Shown here: positions 1 to 8,924 of the stretch, one piece after another
Numbering within the stretch: the stretch's first letter is position 1
How the letters are laid out: every line of letters starts with the position of its first letter
Origin: Faecousia sp.
Lineage (GTDB): Bacteria > Bacillota > Clostridia > Oscillospirales > Oscillospiraceae
NCBI GenBank assembly: GCA_045650665.1
Contig: JAZRRL010000019.1
Coordinates: 8,454-72,453 of the forward strand
Direction: 5' to 3'
DNA: 64,000 nt
Notes under the pieces: model-generated
Seen by the model: only the letters and a program-made list of their open reading frames with translations
The model's database searches: none
What the model was told of the DNA's origin: nothing
Made by a program: the position numbers and the translations under genes

Positions 1-2
1 AA

Positions 3-806
3 AAGACCATTTATGTGGTAGGCGACAGCGCCGGTAATTATGCATTTATGGATGGCAGCGTTATGGACGAGATTTCTGATGATATCTATGCCGATGCACT
101 GGCCATCGTGCTGGACACCTCTGCCCGTCACCTGATCAGCGACGAGCGGTATCCCACCGCCCATCGCACTGCTCGCATGGATCACCACATTTTTGTGGAA
201 AAGATCTGCGATGTAGAGGTAACGGATACATCCTACGAAAGCTGCTGCGGTCTGGTAACCGAGTTTGCGCTGGCTAGTGGGCTGAAGCTCTCCCCTGCCA
301 GTGCCAAAGCGCTGTATACCGGCATGGTCACCGACTCCGGCCGTTTCCGTTACGATTCCACCACTGCCCAGACCTTCCGTCTGGCATCTGCGCTGATGGA
401 GCAGAAATTCGACACCAACGATATCTACCGCAATCTGTATGCCGACGATTTTTCAAAAATTCGTCTGAAGGCACAGTTTGTGCTGAAGATCAAATTCACT
501 GATTGTAATGTAGCCTACATCTACACCACAAAGGAAGAACTTTCTGAGCTGTGCGTGGACACCTTTACCGTTTCCCGTGGCATGGTAGGCACCATGTCCG
601 ACATCAAGGGTGTGGATATTTGGGTTAATTTCACCGAAACCGAGCAAGGCGTGCTGTGTGAGCTGCGCTCTTCTAAGTATAACATCAACCCTATTGCCGT
701 AAAATATGGCGGCGGCGGTCACGCAAAGGCCAGCGGCGCTTGTGTGGCAAGCAAGGAGATCGCCATGCAGATGCTCAGCGACCTGGACGCACTGACAAAG
801 GAGTAA
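3..806 (+). CDS. DHH/DHHA1 family phosphoesterase (NrnA-like oligoribonuclease/pAp phosphatase), 5' end outside window
   Basis: DHH motif (RMDHH), TDSGRF, GGGH motifs; frame is open back to position 3. Confidence 0.88.
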   Translation, partial: KTIYVVGDSAGNYAFMDGSVMDEISDDIYADALAIVLDTSARHLISDERYPTAHRTARMDHHIFVEKICDVEVTDTSYESCCGLVTEFALASGLKLSPASAKALYTGMVTDSGRFRYDSTTAQTFRLASALMEQKFDTNDIYRNLYADDFSKIRLKAQFVLKIKFTDCNVAYIYTTKEELSELCVDTFTVSRGMVGTMSDIKGVDIWVNFTETEQGVLCELRSSKYNINPIAVKYGGGGHAKASGACVASKEIAMQMLSDLDALTKE

Positions 807-809
807 CCT

Positions 810-1796
810 ATGAATACAAAAACTATGCAGGCTATTCTGCAGAAAATCAAAGACTATGACCGCATTGTCATCACCCGGCATTTCCGCCCGGATGGCGACG
901 CTGTTGGCGCCACCAAGGGCTTTGCTGCTATACTCCGGCTGAGCTTCCCGGAAAAGGAAATTCTGCTGATCAACGAGGATCAGTCCGAGTATCTGTCCTT
1001 CCTGGGCGGTGAAAGCGAACCCATTGCGGAAGATAAATATGCCGATGCTCTGGGTATTATTCTGGACACCGGCACAATCGACCGGGTATCCAACAAGAAG
1101 ATCACCCTCTGCAAGGAGATCATCAAGATCGACCATCATATTGATCACAATCCCTACGGCGATATCTCCTGGGTGGAAGATTTCCGCAGCTCTGCCTGCG
1201 AAATGGTAGTGCGGTTCTATGAGGCCTTTGCAAATGAGCTGAAAATTGACACAGAAGCCGCCACATATCTGTATGCCGGCATGGTCACCGACTCCGGCCG
1301 TTTCCGTTTCAGCTCCGTTTCCGGCGATACCATGCGCCTGGCAGGTATCTTACTGGATCAGGGCATCGATACCGATGTGCTGTTTGCAAATCTGTACCTG
1401 AAAGAATTTGATATGTTCAAATTTGAGTCTTATGTGTACGACAAAATGTGCATCACCGAAAATGGCGTTGCCTACATTTATGTAGATCGCGCCATGCAGG
1501 AGAAATTTAACCTTTCTCAGGAAGATGCATCTTCTGCTGTCGGCTACATGGACACCATCAAGGGTGCGCTGTGCTGGATCGCATTTATTGAAGCTCCCGG
1601 CGACGAAAAGGTCATTCGGGTGCGTCTGCGTTCCCGTTTTGTCACCATCAACACCATCGCAGAAAATCACCACGGCGGCGGTCACGCCTGCGCCAGCGGT
1701 GCTACTGTCTATTCTGAGGAAGAGATGCAGCAGCTGATTGCAGAAGCCGACGCAAGAGTAAAAGAATACAAAGAAACCCATGAGGGCTGGTTATGA
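810..1796 (+). CDS. nrnA: DHH/DHHA1 family phosphoesterase (NrnA-like)
   Basis: HFRPDGDA, IDHH, TDSGRF, GGGH motifs. Confidence 0.88.
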   Translation: MNTKTMQAILQKIKDYDRIVITRHFRPDGDAVGATKGFAAILRLSFPEKEILLINEDQSEYLSFLGGESEPIAEDKYADALGIILDTGTIDRVSNKKITLCKEIIKIDHHIDHNPYGDISWVEDFRSSACEMVVRFYEAFANELKIDTEAATYLYAGMVTDSGRFRFSSVSGDTMRLAGILLDQGIDTDVLFANLYLKEFDMFKFESYVYDKMCITENGVAYIYVDRAMQEKFNLSQEDASSAVGYMDTIKGALCWIAFIEAPGDEKVIRVRLRSRFVTINTIAENHHGGGHACASGATVYSEEEMQQLIAEADARVKEYKETHEGWL

Positions 1797-2515
1797 GAAT
1801 TTTAATTACAAACGATGACGGCATTTATGCCGAGGGCGTACTGCCTCTGGTGCAGTGGGCCAAGACCAAGGGCGAAGTAACTGTCGTTGCACCTAAGGTG
1901 GAACAGAGCGCCAAGAGCCACGGCATTGAAATCCACAAGGCTTTTGAAGCCAAGAAGGTGGATCTTTTCGAAGGTGTTGACGCATGGGCAGTGGATTCCA
2001 CCCCCGCAGACTGTGTACGTCTGGCAATTTTGGGCATGCACATGGAGTTTGATTTGGTGATCTCCGGTATCAACCGAGGTTTGAACATTGGCCGTGACAT
2101 CATGTACTCCGGTACTGTTTCGGCAGTTTTCGAGGCCGGCAATCTGGGCGTGAATGCCATGGCAGTGTCTACCTCCCCCGCCTACTATCAGGATGCTGCC
2201 AAGGAAATGGATAAAATCTGGGATTTCATGGTGAAATACGATCTGTTCAGCAAAAACAGTATGTATAACATCAATATTCCTACCGGCGGCAGTGACGAAT
2301 TCCGTTTCACCCGTCAAGGTGGTAACTATTATTCCGACAAATTCCGCCCTGATGAGAATGATATGTATTTCCCCTGCGGTATTGACGTATTTGCCGCATG
2401 TAACAGCAAGGAATTTGACACCGATGCGGTACTGGTGGACAAGGTCATTTCCGTAATGCCTTTGACATTGGATCGGACAAATCTGGAGCTGTACCAGGAA
2501 CTGAAAAATCTCTAA
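1793..2515 (+). CDS. surE: 5'/3'-nucleotidase SurE
   Basis: ILITNDDG, GTPADC-like STPADC, SGINRG and YSGTV motifs; 4-bp overlap with upstream gene. Confidence 0.93.
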   Translation: MRILITNDDGIYAEGVLPLVQWAKTKGEVTVVAPKVEQSAKSHGIEIHKAFEAKKVDLFEGVDAWAVDSTPADCVRLAILGMHMEFDLVISGINRGLNIGRDIMYSGTVSAVFEAGNLGVNAMAVSTSPAYYQDAAKEMDKIWDFMVKYDLFSKNSMYNINIPTGGSDEFRFTRQGGNYYSDKFRPDENDMYFPCGIDVFAACNSKEFDTDAVLVDKVISVMPLTLDRTNLELYQELKNL

Positions 2516-2519
2516 AAAC

Positions 2520-2545
2520 AAGGCCGGTGCGTTTGCACCGGCCTT
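2520..2545. terminator. Bidirectional hairpin terminator between convergent genes
   Basis: aaggccggtgc-gttt-gcaccggcctt. Confidence 0.75.
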
Positions 2546-2550
2546 TGCCT

Positions 2551-3750
2551 TTACATTGTATAATTGTCGAAATACCCCTGAATCAGGATGATGGGCGTAC
2601 CCTTGTCACCGGAACCGGAGGTCAGGTCACACAAAGAGCCGATCAGGTCTGTCAACCGACGGGGTGTTGTACCCTGAGATGCCATGGAGCCAGCCAAATT
2701 ACCCTTGCTGCGGATACGTTCCTCAATCGCCTGCTTCAGCTGTGCACCGGATAGACCGGCAAAATCGTTATCTGCCAGATATTTCAGCTTCAGTTCATTG
2801 GGAGTGCCCTCCAGACCGGAGGTATGGGCAACAGACACGCTGGGGTCTGCCAGTTCCCAAATCTTACCCACGGGATCCTTGAATGCACCGTCACCGTAGA
2901 CCATCACTTCAATATGCTTGCCGGTGATCTTCAAAAACCGCTCCTGAATATCCAGTACCAGATCGCCACATTCCTTGGGGAACAGCTTGATAGTGGTTTC
3001 CGTAGACTTATTGGAGCCAAGCAGGCCAAACTTTTCGTTGTAACCACTGCCGTCCACAGATTCTGTCAGAATATCATCCAGACCGCAGATCACCTGGGCA
3101 CCGGCTGCCTTCAAGATCCGCTTTGTGCGGGCACGGCTGTGAATATCGCAGGTCAGCACATTTTTGGTGTAGTCCAAAATGGCGCGGGGATTGTTGGCCA
3201 GGATGATTTCCGCCTCACAGCCTTCTTCCCGAATCAGGTCGCCATAGTATTTCACGTAGTCCACCAAAGTAAAGGGGTGCAGGTTTTCGCCGAACAGTTC
3301 CCGATACTTCGCCTCTGTCAGCACATCGCTGTAGGGATTGATACCCGCCTCATCCAGACGGTCCAGACTCACCAGCTCGTTGCCCACCTCATCGGAGGGG
3401 TAGCTGAGCATCAGTACAATCTTCTTGCTGCCACGGGCAATACCCCGCAGGCAGATAGCAAAACGGTTGCGGGACAGAATGGGGAAAATCACACCCACAG
3501 TCTCGCCGCCCAGTTTGCTGCGTACATCCTTTGCAATGGCATCCACAGAAGCATAGTTACCCTGGGCCCGTGCCACCACGGATTCCGTAATGCCTACCAC
3601 ATCCCGGTCACGCAGAGCAAAGCCTTCGGCCTGTGCCGCCTCCATCACACTTGCAACCACAATGTTTGCCAAATCGTCACCCTGCCGGATAATGGGGCAG
3701 CGAATGCCACGGGATGTCGTACCAACTTTTCTTTCCATAATGAACCTCAT
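2551..3750 (-). CDS. F420-0:gamma-glutamyl ligase (CofE)-like family protein
   Basis: N-terminus GIRCPIIRQGDDL...DVVGITESVVARAQGN and C-terminal GSGDKGTPIILIQGY typical of the clostridial CofE-like family; likely start is MERK, slightly downstream. Confidence 0.75.
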   Translation of the reverse strand: MRFIMERKVGTTSRGIRCPIIRQGDDLANIVVASVMEAAQAEGFALRDRDVVGITESVVARAQGNYASVDAIAKDVRSKLGGETVGVIFPILSRNRFAICLRGIARGSKKIVLMLSYPSDEVGNELVSLDRLDEAGINPYSDVLTEAKYRELFGENLHPFTLVDYVKYYGDLIREEGCEAEIILANNPRAILDYTKNVLTCDIHSRARTKRILKAAGAQVICGLDDILTESVDGSGYNEKFGLLGSNKSTETTIKLFPKECGDLVLDIQERFLKITGKHIEVMVYGDGAFKDPVGKIWELADPSVSVAHTSGLEGTPNELKLKYLADNDFAGLSGAQLKQAIEERIRSKGNLAGSMASQGTTPRRLTDLIGSLCDLTSGSGDKGTPIILIQGYFDNYTM

Positions 3751-3913
3751 TTCTCAGGAGCATTTTTACAGTACAGTTATACCGCAATCCGCCGGTTTTT
3801 TCAATATTTTTTTCGCATATGTCGAAAAAAACAGCATTTAAAACAATTTTTCTTGTGTGAACTGAAAAAATCTTAGGAAAACGCAAAAATTAGATAAAAA
3901 AATATAAAAAGAT

Positions 3914-3942
3914 TTGCAATTTCTTTTTCAATATGGTATACT
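3914..3942 (+). promoter_or_regulatory. sigma70-type promoter of ppdK
   Basis: TTGCAA-17 bp-TATACT with TG extension. Confidence 0.7.
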
Positions 3943-4032
3943 GGTACGGCTAAATACGGGTATTGACCCAAAGCAACACGAATTCATCAATTCTGGGCCT
4001 ATGGCCCGTCAATAAACGAAGGGAGTTTTATA

Positions 4033-6657
4033 ATGTCTCACAAGTATGTTTACCTATTTACCGAAGGTAACGGCTCTATGCGCGAGCTGCTGGGCGGTAA
4101 GGGCGCAAACCTGGCCGAAATGACCAACATTGGTCTGCCCGTTCCTCAGGGCTTCACCATTTCTACCGAAGCCTGCACCCAGTACTACGAGGATGGCCGC
4201 CGTATTAACGATGATATTCAGGCAGAAATCATGGAGTATGTTGAAAAGCTGGAAGGTATCACCGGCAAGAAGTTCGGTGACCTGGAGAATCCTCTGCTGG
4301 TTTCCGTCCGTTCCGGCGCCCGTGCTTCTATGCCCGGCATGATGGACACCATTCTGAACCTGGGTCTGAACGAGCAGGTTGTTGAGGTTATGGCTGCCAA
4401 GTCCGGCAACGCTCGCTGGGCATGGGACTGCTACCGCCGCTTCATCCAGATGTACTCCGACGTTGTTATGGAAGTCGGCAAGAAGTACTTTGAAGCCCTC
4501 ATCGACGAGATGAAGGAAAAGAAGGGCGTTACTCAGGACGTTGACCTGACCGCTGAAGATCTGAAGGAGCTGGCTGCTCAGTTCAAGGCCGAGTACAAGG
4601 CTAAGATCGGTGCAGAGTTCCCCGCTGATCCCAAGGAGCAGCTGATGGGCGCCATCAAGGCTGTTTTCCGTTCCTGGGACAACCCCCGTGCAAACGTCTA
4701 CCGTCGTGACAACGATATCCCCTACTCTTGGGGTACTGCTGTTAACGTGCAGTCCATGGCCTTTGGTAACATGGGCGACGACTGCGGCACCGGTGTTGCT
4801 TTCACCCGTGACCCCGCTACCGGCGAAAAGAAGCTGATGGGCGAGTTCCTGACCAATGCTCAGGGCGAAGACGTGGTTGCAGGTGTTCGTACCCCCATGC
4901 CCATTGCACAGATGGCTGAGAAGTTCCCCGAAGCTTTCAAGCAGTTCGTGGAAGTTTGCTCCATTCTGGAAAACCACTATCACGACATGCAGGATATGGA
5001 GTTCACCGTCGAGCACGGCAAGCTGTATATGCTGCAGACCCGTAACGGCAAGCGTACCGCTCAGGCTGCTCTGCAGATCGCTGTTGACCTGGTTGCTGAA
5101 GGTCACAAGACCGAGGCTGAGGCCGTTCTGATGATCGACCCCCGTAACCTGGACACTCTGCTGCATCCCCAGTTCGATGTGAAGGCTCTGAAGGCTGCTA
5201 CTCCCATCGGCCGTGGTCTGGGTGCTTCTCCCGGAGCTGCTTGCGGCCAGGTCGTCTTCTCTGCTGAAGATGCTGAAGCTTGGAAGAACGCCGGCAAGAA
5301 GGTTATCCTGGTTCGTCTGGAAACCTCTCCCGAGGATATCACCGGCATGAAGGCCGCTCAGGGTATCCTGACCGTCCGTGGCGGTATGACCTCCCACGCA
5401 GCGGTTGTTGCCCGTGGTATGGGTAAGTGCTGTGTTTCCGGCTGTGGCGAGATCAACATGGACGAGGAGAACAAGAAATTCACTCTGGCAGGCAAGACCT
5501 ATGCTGAGGGCGATTGCATCTCCATCGACGGTTCTACCGGTAACATTTACGACGGCCTGATTCCCACTGTTGACGCTGAGATTTCCGGCAACTTTGGTAT
5601 CATCATGGGCTGGGCTGACAAGTTCCGTGTCCTGAAGGTTCGTACCAATGCCGATACTCCCACCGACGCTAAGAAGGCTCGTGAGCTGGGCGCAGAAGGC
5701 ATCGGCCTGTGCCGTACCGAGCACATGTTCTTCGAGGCTGATCGTATCGCTGCATTCCGCGAAATGATCTGCTCCGACACCGCTGAGGAGCGCGAGGCTG
5801 CTCTGGCTAAGATTCTGCCCTATCAGCAGTCCGACTTCGAGAAGCTGTACGAGGCTCTGGAAGGTATGCCCGTGTGCATCCGTTTCCTGGATCCCCCGCT
5901 CCACGAGTTCGTTCCCACCACTGAGGAAGACATCGCTCTGCTGGCTAAGACTCAGGGCAAGACCGTTGAGCAGATCAAGGCTATCATTTCCTCCCTGCAC
6001 GAGTTCAACCCCATGATGGGTCACCGTGGCTGCCGTCTGGCTGTCACCTACCCCGAGATCGCAAAGATGCAGACCAGCGCTGTTATCCGCGCTGCCATCA
6101 ATGTGCAGAAGGCTCATCCCGATTGGAATGTGCTGCCTGAGATCATGATCCCCCTGGTTGGCGATGTGAAGGAATTGAAGTACGTCAAGAGCGTGGTTAT
6201 CGCTACTGCTGACGCTGAGATCGCCGCTGCCGGCATTGAGCTGAAGTACGAGGTCGGTACCATGATCGAAATCCCCCGTGCTTGCTTGACTGCAGACGAA
6301 ATCGCACAGAATGCTGACTTCTTCTGCTTCGGCACCAACGACCTGACTCAGATGACCTATGGCTTCAGCCGTGACGATGCAGGCAAGTTCCTGAACGCTT
6401 ACTATGATTCCAAGATCTTTGAGAACGATCCCTTCGCAAAGCTGGATCAGACCGGCGTTGGCAAGCTGATGAACATGGCCTGCACTCTGGGTCGTGCAAA
6501 TAATGACCACCTGCACATCGGTATCTGCGGTGAGCACGGCGGCGACCCCACATCCGTGGAGTTCTGCCATGCAATCGGTCTGGACTATGTGTCCTGCAGC
6601 CCCTTCCGCGTACCCATCGCCCGCCTCGCCGCCGCCCAGGCTGCCATTAAGGGCTAA
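4033..6657 (+). CDS. ppdK: Pyruvate, phosphate dikinase
   Basis: 874 aa; GGKGANLAEM, SVRSGA, GGMTSHAAVVARG phospho-His motif, GTNDLTQ, GICGEHGG; strong codon bias. Confidence 0.98.
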   Translation: MSHKYVYLFTEGNGSMRELLGGKGANLAEMTNIGLPVPQGFTISTEACTQYYEDGRRINDDIQAEIMEYVEKLEGITGKKFGDLENPLLVSVRSGARASMPGMMDTILNLGLNEQVVEVMAAKSGNARWAWDCYRRFIQMYSDVVMEVGKKYFEALIDEMKEKKGVTQDVDLTAEDLKELAAQFKAEYKAKIGAEFPADPKEQLMGAIKAVFRSWDNPRANVYRRDNDIPYSWGTAVNVQSMAFGNMGDDCGTGVAFTRDPATGEKKLMGEFLTNAQGEDVVAGVRTPMPIAQMAEKFPEAFKQFVEVCSILENHYHDMQDMEFTVEHGKLYMLQTRNGKRTAQAALQIAVDLVAEGHKTEAEAVLMIDPRNLDTLLHPQFDVKALKAATPIGRGLGASPGAACGQVVFSAEDAEAWKNAGKKVILVRLETSPEDITGMKAAQGILTVRGGMTSHAAVVARGMGKCCVSGCGEINMDEENKKFTLAGKTYAEGDCISIDGSTGNIYDGLIPTVDAEISGNFGIIMGWADKFRVLKVRTNADTPTDAKKARELGAEGIGLCRTEHMFFEADRIAAFREMICSDTAEEREAALAKILPYQQSDFEKLYEALEGMPVCIRFLDPPLHEFVPTTEEDIALLAKTQGKTVEQIKAIISSLHEFNPMMGHRGCRLAVTYPEIAKMQTSAVIRAAINVQKAHPDWNVLPEIMIPLVGDVKELKYVKSVVIATADAEIAAAGIELKYEVGTMIEIPRACLTADEIAQNADFFCFGTNDLTQMTYGFSRDDAGKFLNAYYDSKIFENDPFAKLDQTGVGKLMNMACTLGRANNDHLHIGICGEHGGDPTSVEFCHAIGLDYVSCSPFRVPIARLAAAQAAIKG

Positions 6658-6672
6658 TATTTCCTAATAATG

Positions 6673-6700
6673 AATCCCCTCGGAGCAATCCGAGGGGATT
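6673..6700 (+). terminator. ppdK terminator
   Basis: aatcccctcgga-gcaa-tccgaggggatt. Confidence 0.85.
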
Positions 6701-6720
6701 TGTGTATAACGATTGTTCGG

Positions 6721-6927
6721 TTACAGTTTTTCAAAAACCATTGTTGCCTGAATTCTGTCGCCACCGCCGAAACCAGAACTATGTGCAGATGCGGTTGTGA
6801 TTGTATGTAATCTATAACCCTTCGCCGCTTGTGCATTAATAACGTTTTCCAATTCGCCTAAATTCTTGGATGCTGTACCGATAAGTTTTTCCTTTAGTGT
6901 TACCTGTAAAACTACATATTGTGGCAT
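6721..6927 (-). CDS. DUF4177-like small protein (cassette 1 cargo)
   Basis: 68 aa; LENVINAQAAKGYRL...ATMVFEK pattern; own TTTACA-17-TATAAT promoter on minus strand near 6958-6987. Confidence 0.75.
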   Translation of the reverse strand: MPQYVVLQVTLKEKLIGTASKNLGELENVINAQAAKGYRLHTITTASAHSSGFGGGDRIQATMVFEKL

Positions 6928-7017
6928 GATTTTACCCCCTTTTATTAAATGGTATTTTAATTATAGAATAATTTGTCATATTTGTAAAGAGGGAAAGAAT
7001 ATATGGTTTTTAAGCAA

Positions 7018-7063
7018 TTTCCCTCTTTTGCTGATAGCAGCCCAGGCTGCTATCAAGGGCTAA
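7018..7063 (+). repeat. att-like repeat R1: box + palindromic core + ppdK tail (AQAAIKG*)
   Basis: tttccctcttttgc tgatagcag cccaggctgc tatcaagggctaa. Confidence 0.92.
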
Positions 7064-7081
7064 TTGCTTAACCTAATAATG

Positions 7082-7109
7082 AATCCCCGTGGATTGCTCC
7101 ACGGGGATT
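7082..7109 (+). terminator. Terminator following R1
   Basis: aatccccgtgga-ttgc-tccacggggatt followed by T run. Confidence 0.85.
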
Positions 7110-7165
7110 TTTTATATTGCAAACACCTACTATTAAGATTATAATATAATCAAGAGGTGAGGCGA

Positions 7166-7372
7166 ATGATAAGCTCAACAGAACAAAGGTTAATTGAGGC
7201 AATGATTGACTACGGTGCAAACGAGGAATTGATACATGTGTTGTGTTCCGCTTTGTCGTCGGAGCAGCAAGAAAACGCCATCCATCTTATGCAGAGACAT
7301 TATCAAAAATACAGGGAAGTAACAGAAGAGGATATGCTAAAAGTGCTTCTGATATTAACAAAGCCATCCTGA
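7166..7372 (+). CDS. Hypothetical small helical protein (cassette 2 cargo A)
   Basis: TTGCAA-17-TATAAT promoter and AAGAGGTGA RBS upstream; ATG at 7166 preferred over GTG at 7157. Confidence 0.65.
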   Translation: MISSTEQRLIEAMIDYGANEELIHVLCSALSSEQQENAIHLMQRHYQKYREVTEEDMLKVLLILTKPS

Positions 7373-7446
7373 GAAATCCGCGGGATTGCCCCATCTATTA
7401 CAGAGAACTGCACCCTACGCTATAATGCAATCAAGAGGTGAAACAT

Positions 7447-7614
7447 ATGTGCAAAGACCAAGAGTCCACTAAAACTGGGTTCAGACCCATAACCAAAGAA
7501 GATGGGCTTGCGTATATAGAATGGCTTAAAAACGGAGGCAGAGATGTCTTAGCAGACCACATATTTACAGACGATTTTAAGGCAAAAACGCCCAAGGAAG
7601 ACAATAGGAAATAA
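7447..7614 (+). CDS. Hypothetical 55-aa protein (cassette 2 cargo B), not in ORF track
   Basis: MCKDQESTKTGFRPITKEDGLAYIEWLKNGGRDVLADHIFTDDFKAKTPKEDNRK*; TATAAT and AAGAGGTGA directly upstream; stop abuts R2. Confidence 0.55.
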   Translation: MCKDQESTKTGFRPITKEDGLAYIEWLKNGGRDVLADHIFTDDFKAKTPKEDNRK

Positions 7615-7660
7615 TTTCCCTCTTTTGCTGATAGCACCACAGGCTGCCATCAAGGGCTAA
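7615..7660 (+). repeat. att-like repeat R2 (tail PQAAIKG*)
   Basis: tttccctcttttgc tgatagcac cacaggctgc catcaagggctaa. Confidence 0.92.
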
Positions 7661-7719
7661 GTTTCAATAAAATGTCCGCCGCTGGATTTCCAGCGGCGGA
7701 TATAATATAATCGGGGCCT

Positions 7720-8607
7720 TTATTTAGGTTTCGTTACTTGACGGATGCCGATCAGGATCAGCACTGCGCCCAGTAATAGCGTAATGTTCATAGGCTCTTT
7801 GAGGAATACCACACCTGCAAAAACCGAGCAAAGGGTGGACAGCGCACCAAAGGAGGATATCTTGAACACCGACATTTTTCCGGAGGCGTAGTTGACCAGA
7901 AGCTGTGCCGCAACGGAGCAGAGCAATCCAAGACACAGCACGGACACCAGGTATTCCACATGAAGCAGGGGCTCCACAAAGGTTTTGATGTTCCAATCCA
8001 CAGAGTTCATACCCATCAGGGAGAAGACCAAAGCGGCATTTGCCAGCACCAAAAAGGAACGTTCGAAGGTGGTGAACTCCTCTGCGGCTTTTCTATTGAT
8101 GGTTTTGTAAATGGCGGAGGACAGCAGGGTCAGCAGCAGGATAATAATGCCTAAAGGCTTTATAACGCCCAGTTCTTTACCGGATACTGTCATAAGAATC
8201 ACGCCTGCTACCGGCATAAGACAGAACAGCGCCTGCCGGGGTGTGGGATATTCCCGGAGAAACAGGGCGCCTGTACCGATGGTCACCACGGGCACTACCG
8301 CCAGCACCAGACCGGAAATAGTTGTGTTGGTATAAAGGAGGCCGTAGGTTTCCAGAAAATAGTAAACTACCTGCATAATCAGCATCAGCACGATGGGCTT
8401 CCAGTTTTTGCCCTTGAAGGAAAGCTTCCCCTTTCCCAAAAGCATAAGGACCACCATAAACAGAGCTGCAATCAGAAATCTGTGCGCCAGCATCACATTG
8501 GGGTCAGGGGATGCGGACAGACCAATCTTGGTAAACAAAAAGCTGAATCCCCAGATGACATTGCCCAGAGCAGCGCAAATTGCCGGCAATAGTGACTTGT
8601 TTTTCAA
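7720..8607 (-). CDS. DMT/EamA family transporter (cassette 3 cargo)
   Basis: About ten hydrophobic segments, IWGFSF and duplicated EamA pattern; TTG start at 8607 after GGAGG; own TTTACA-17-TATAAT promoter. Confidence 0.88.
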   Translation of the reverse strand: MKNKSLLPAICAALGNVIWGFSFLFTKIGLSASPDPNVMLAHRFLIAALFMVVLMLLGKGKLSFKGKNWKPIVLMLIMQVVYYFLETYGLLYTNTTISGLVLAVVPVVTIGTGALFLREYPTPRQALFCLMPVAGVILMTVSGKELGVIKPLGIIILLLTLLSSAIYKTINRKAAEEFTTFERSFLVLANAALVFSLMGMNSVDWNIKTFVEPLLHVEYLVSVLCLGLLCSVAAQLLVNYASGKMSVFKISSFGALSTLCSVFAGVVFLKEPMNITLLLGAVLILIGIRQVTKPK

Positions 8608-8756
8608 AAAGACTACCTCCCGAAACAATTTTTTCAATTATATATTAGAAAAAAGGAAATGTAAAGGCGTCTTTCCGGTTAAAAAGATTTCCTGCAACTA
8701 TTTTTATCAAGCTTTGCTTTTGCTGCGGGCTTGCAAAGCAGACATATCGACAATCG

Positions 8757-8860
8757 TTTCCCTCTTTTGCTGATAGCAACCCAGGCTGCAATTAAAGAAT
8801 CTAAGTAATTAGATTTATAATGCAAACCAACTCCTCTCGGAGCAATCCGAGGGGAGTTTT
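8757..8860 (+). repeat. att-like repeat R3 with tail QAAIKESK* and terminator
   Basis: 104 bp; direct repeat of 9344-9447 with 1 mismatch in the 81 bp from the core onward. Confidence 0.95.
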
Positions 8861-8924
8861 ACACCCATTGCAAACATTTCCTTAAAATGATATAATAGAG
8901 AAAAGGCAAAAGGAGGTATGCTGT

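Noticed and set aside
2551-3750. Evidence for F420 biosynthesis or methanogen origin
   Set aside because: No other cof genes are present and all context is Bacillota-like.
3677-3886. Small ORFs in intergenic or promoter regions (also 6654-6836, 6866-7063, 8393-8773, 56880-57186)
   Set aside because: No RBS, or they overlap promoters and terminators. 6866-7063 ends in AAQAAIKG only because it runs into repeat R1.
4054-6570. 838-aa minus-strand ORF, and similar long antisense ORFs at 2824-3876, 11926-14190, 16123-19392, 48965-50506, 51614-53950, 55048-56895, 57129-58319 and 60025-61482
   Set aside because: Shadows of real genes with strong codon bias; no recognisable motifs or RBS, and they overlap well-supported CDSs.
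8800-8830. Possible XerCD dif/pdif site (taatgcaaacc resembles the XerD arm; tttcctaata at ~6660 resembles the XerC arm)
   Set aside because: The two arms never occur together with a 6-bp spacer in the same repeat.
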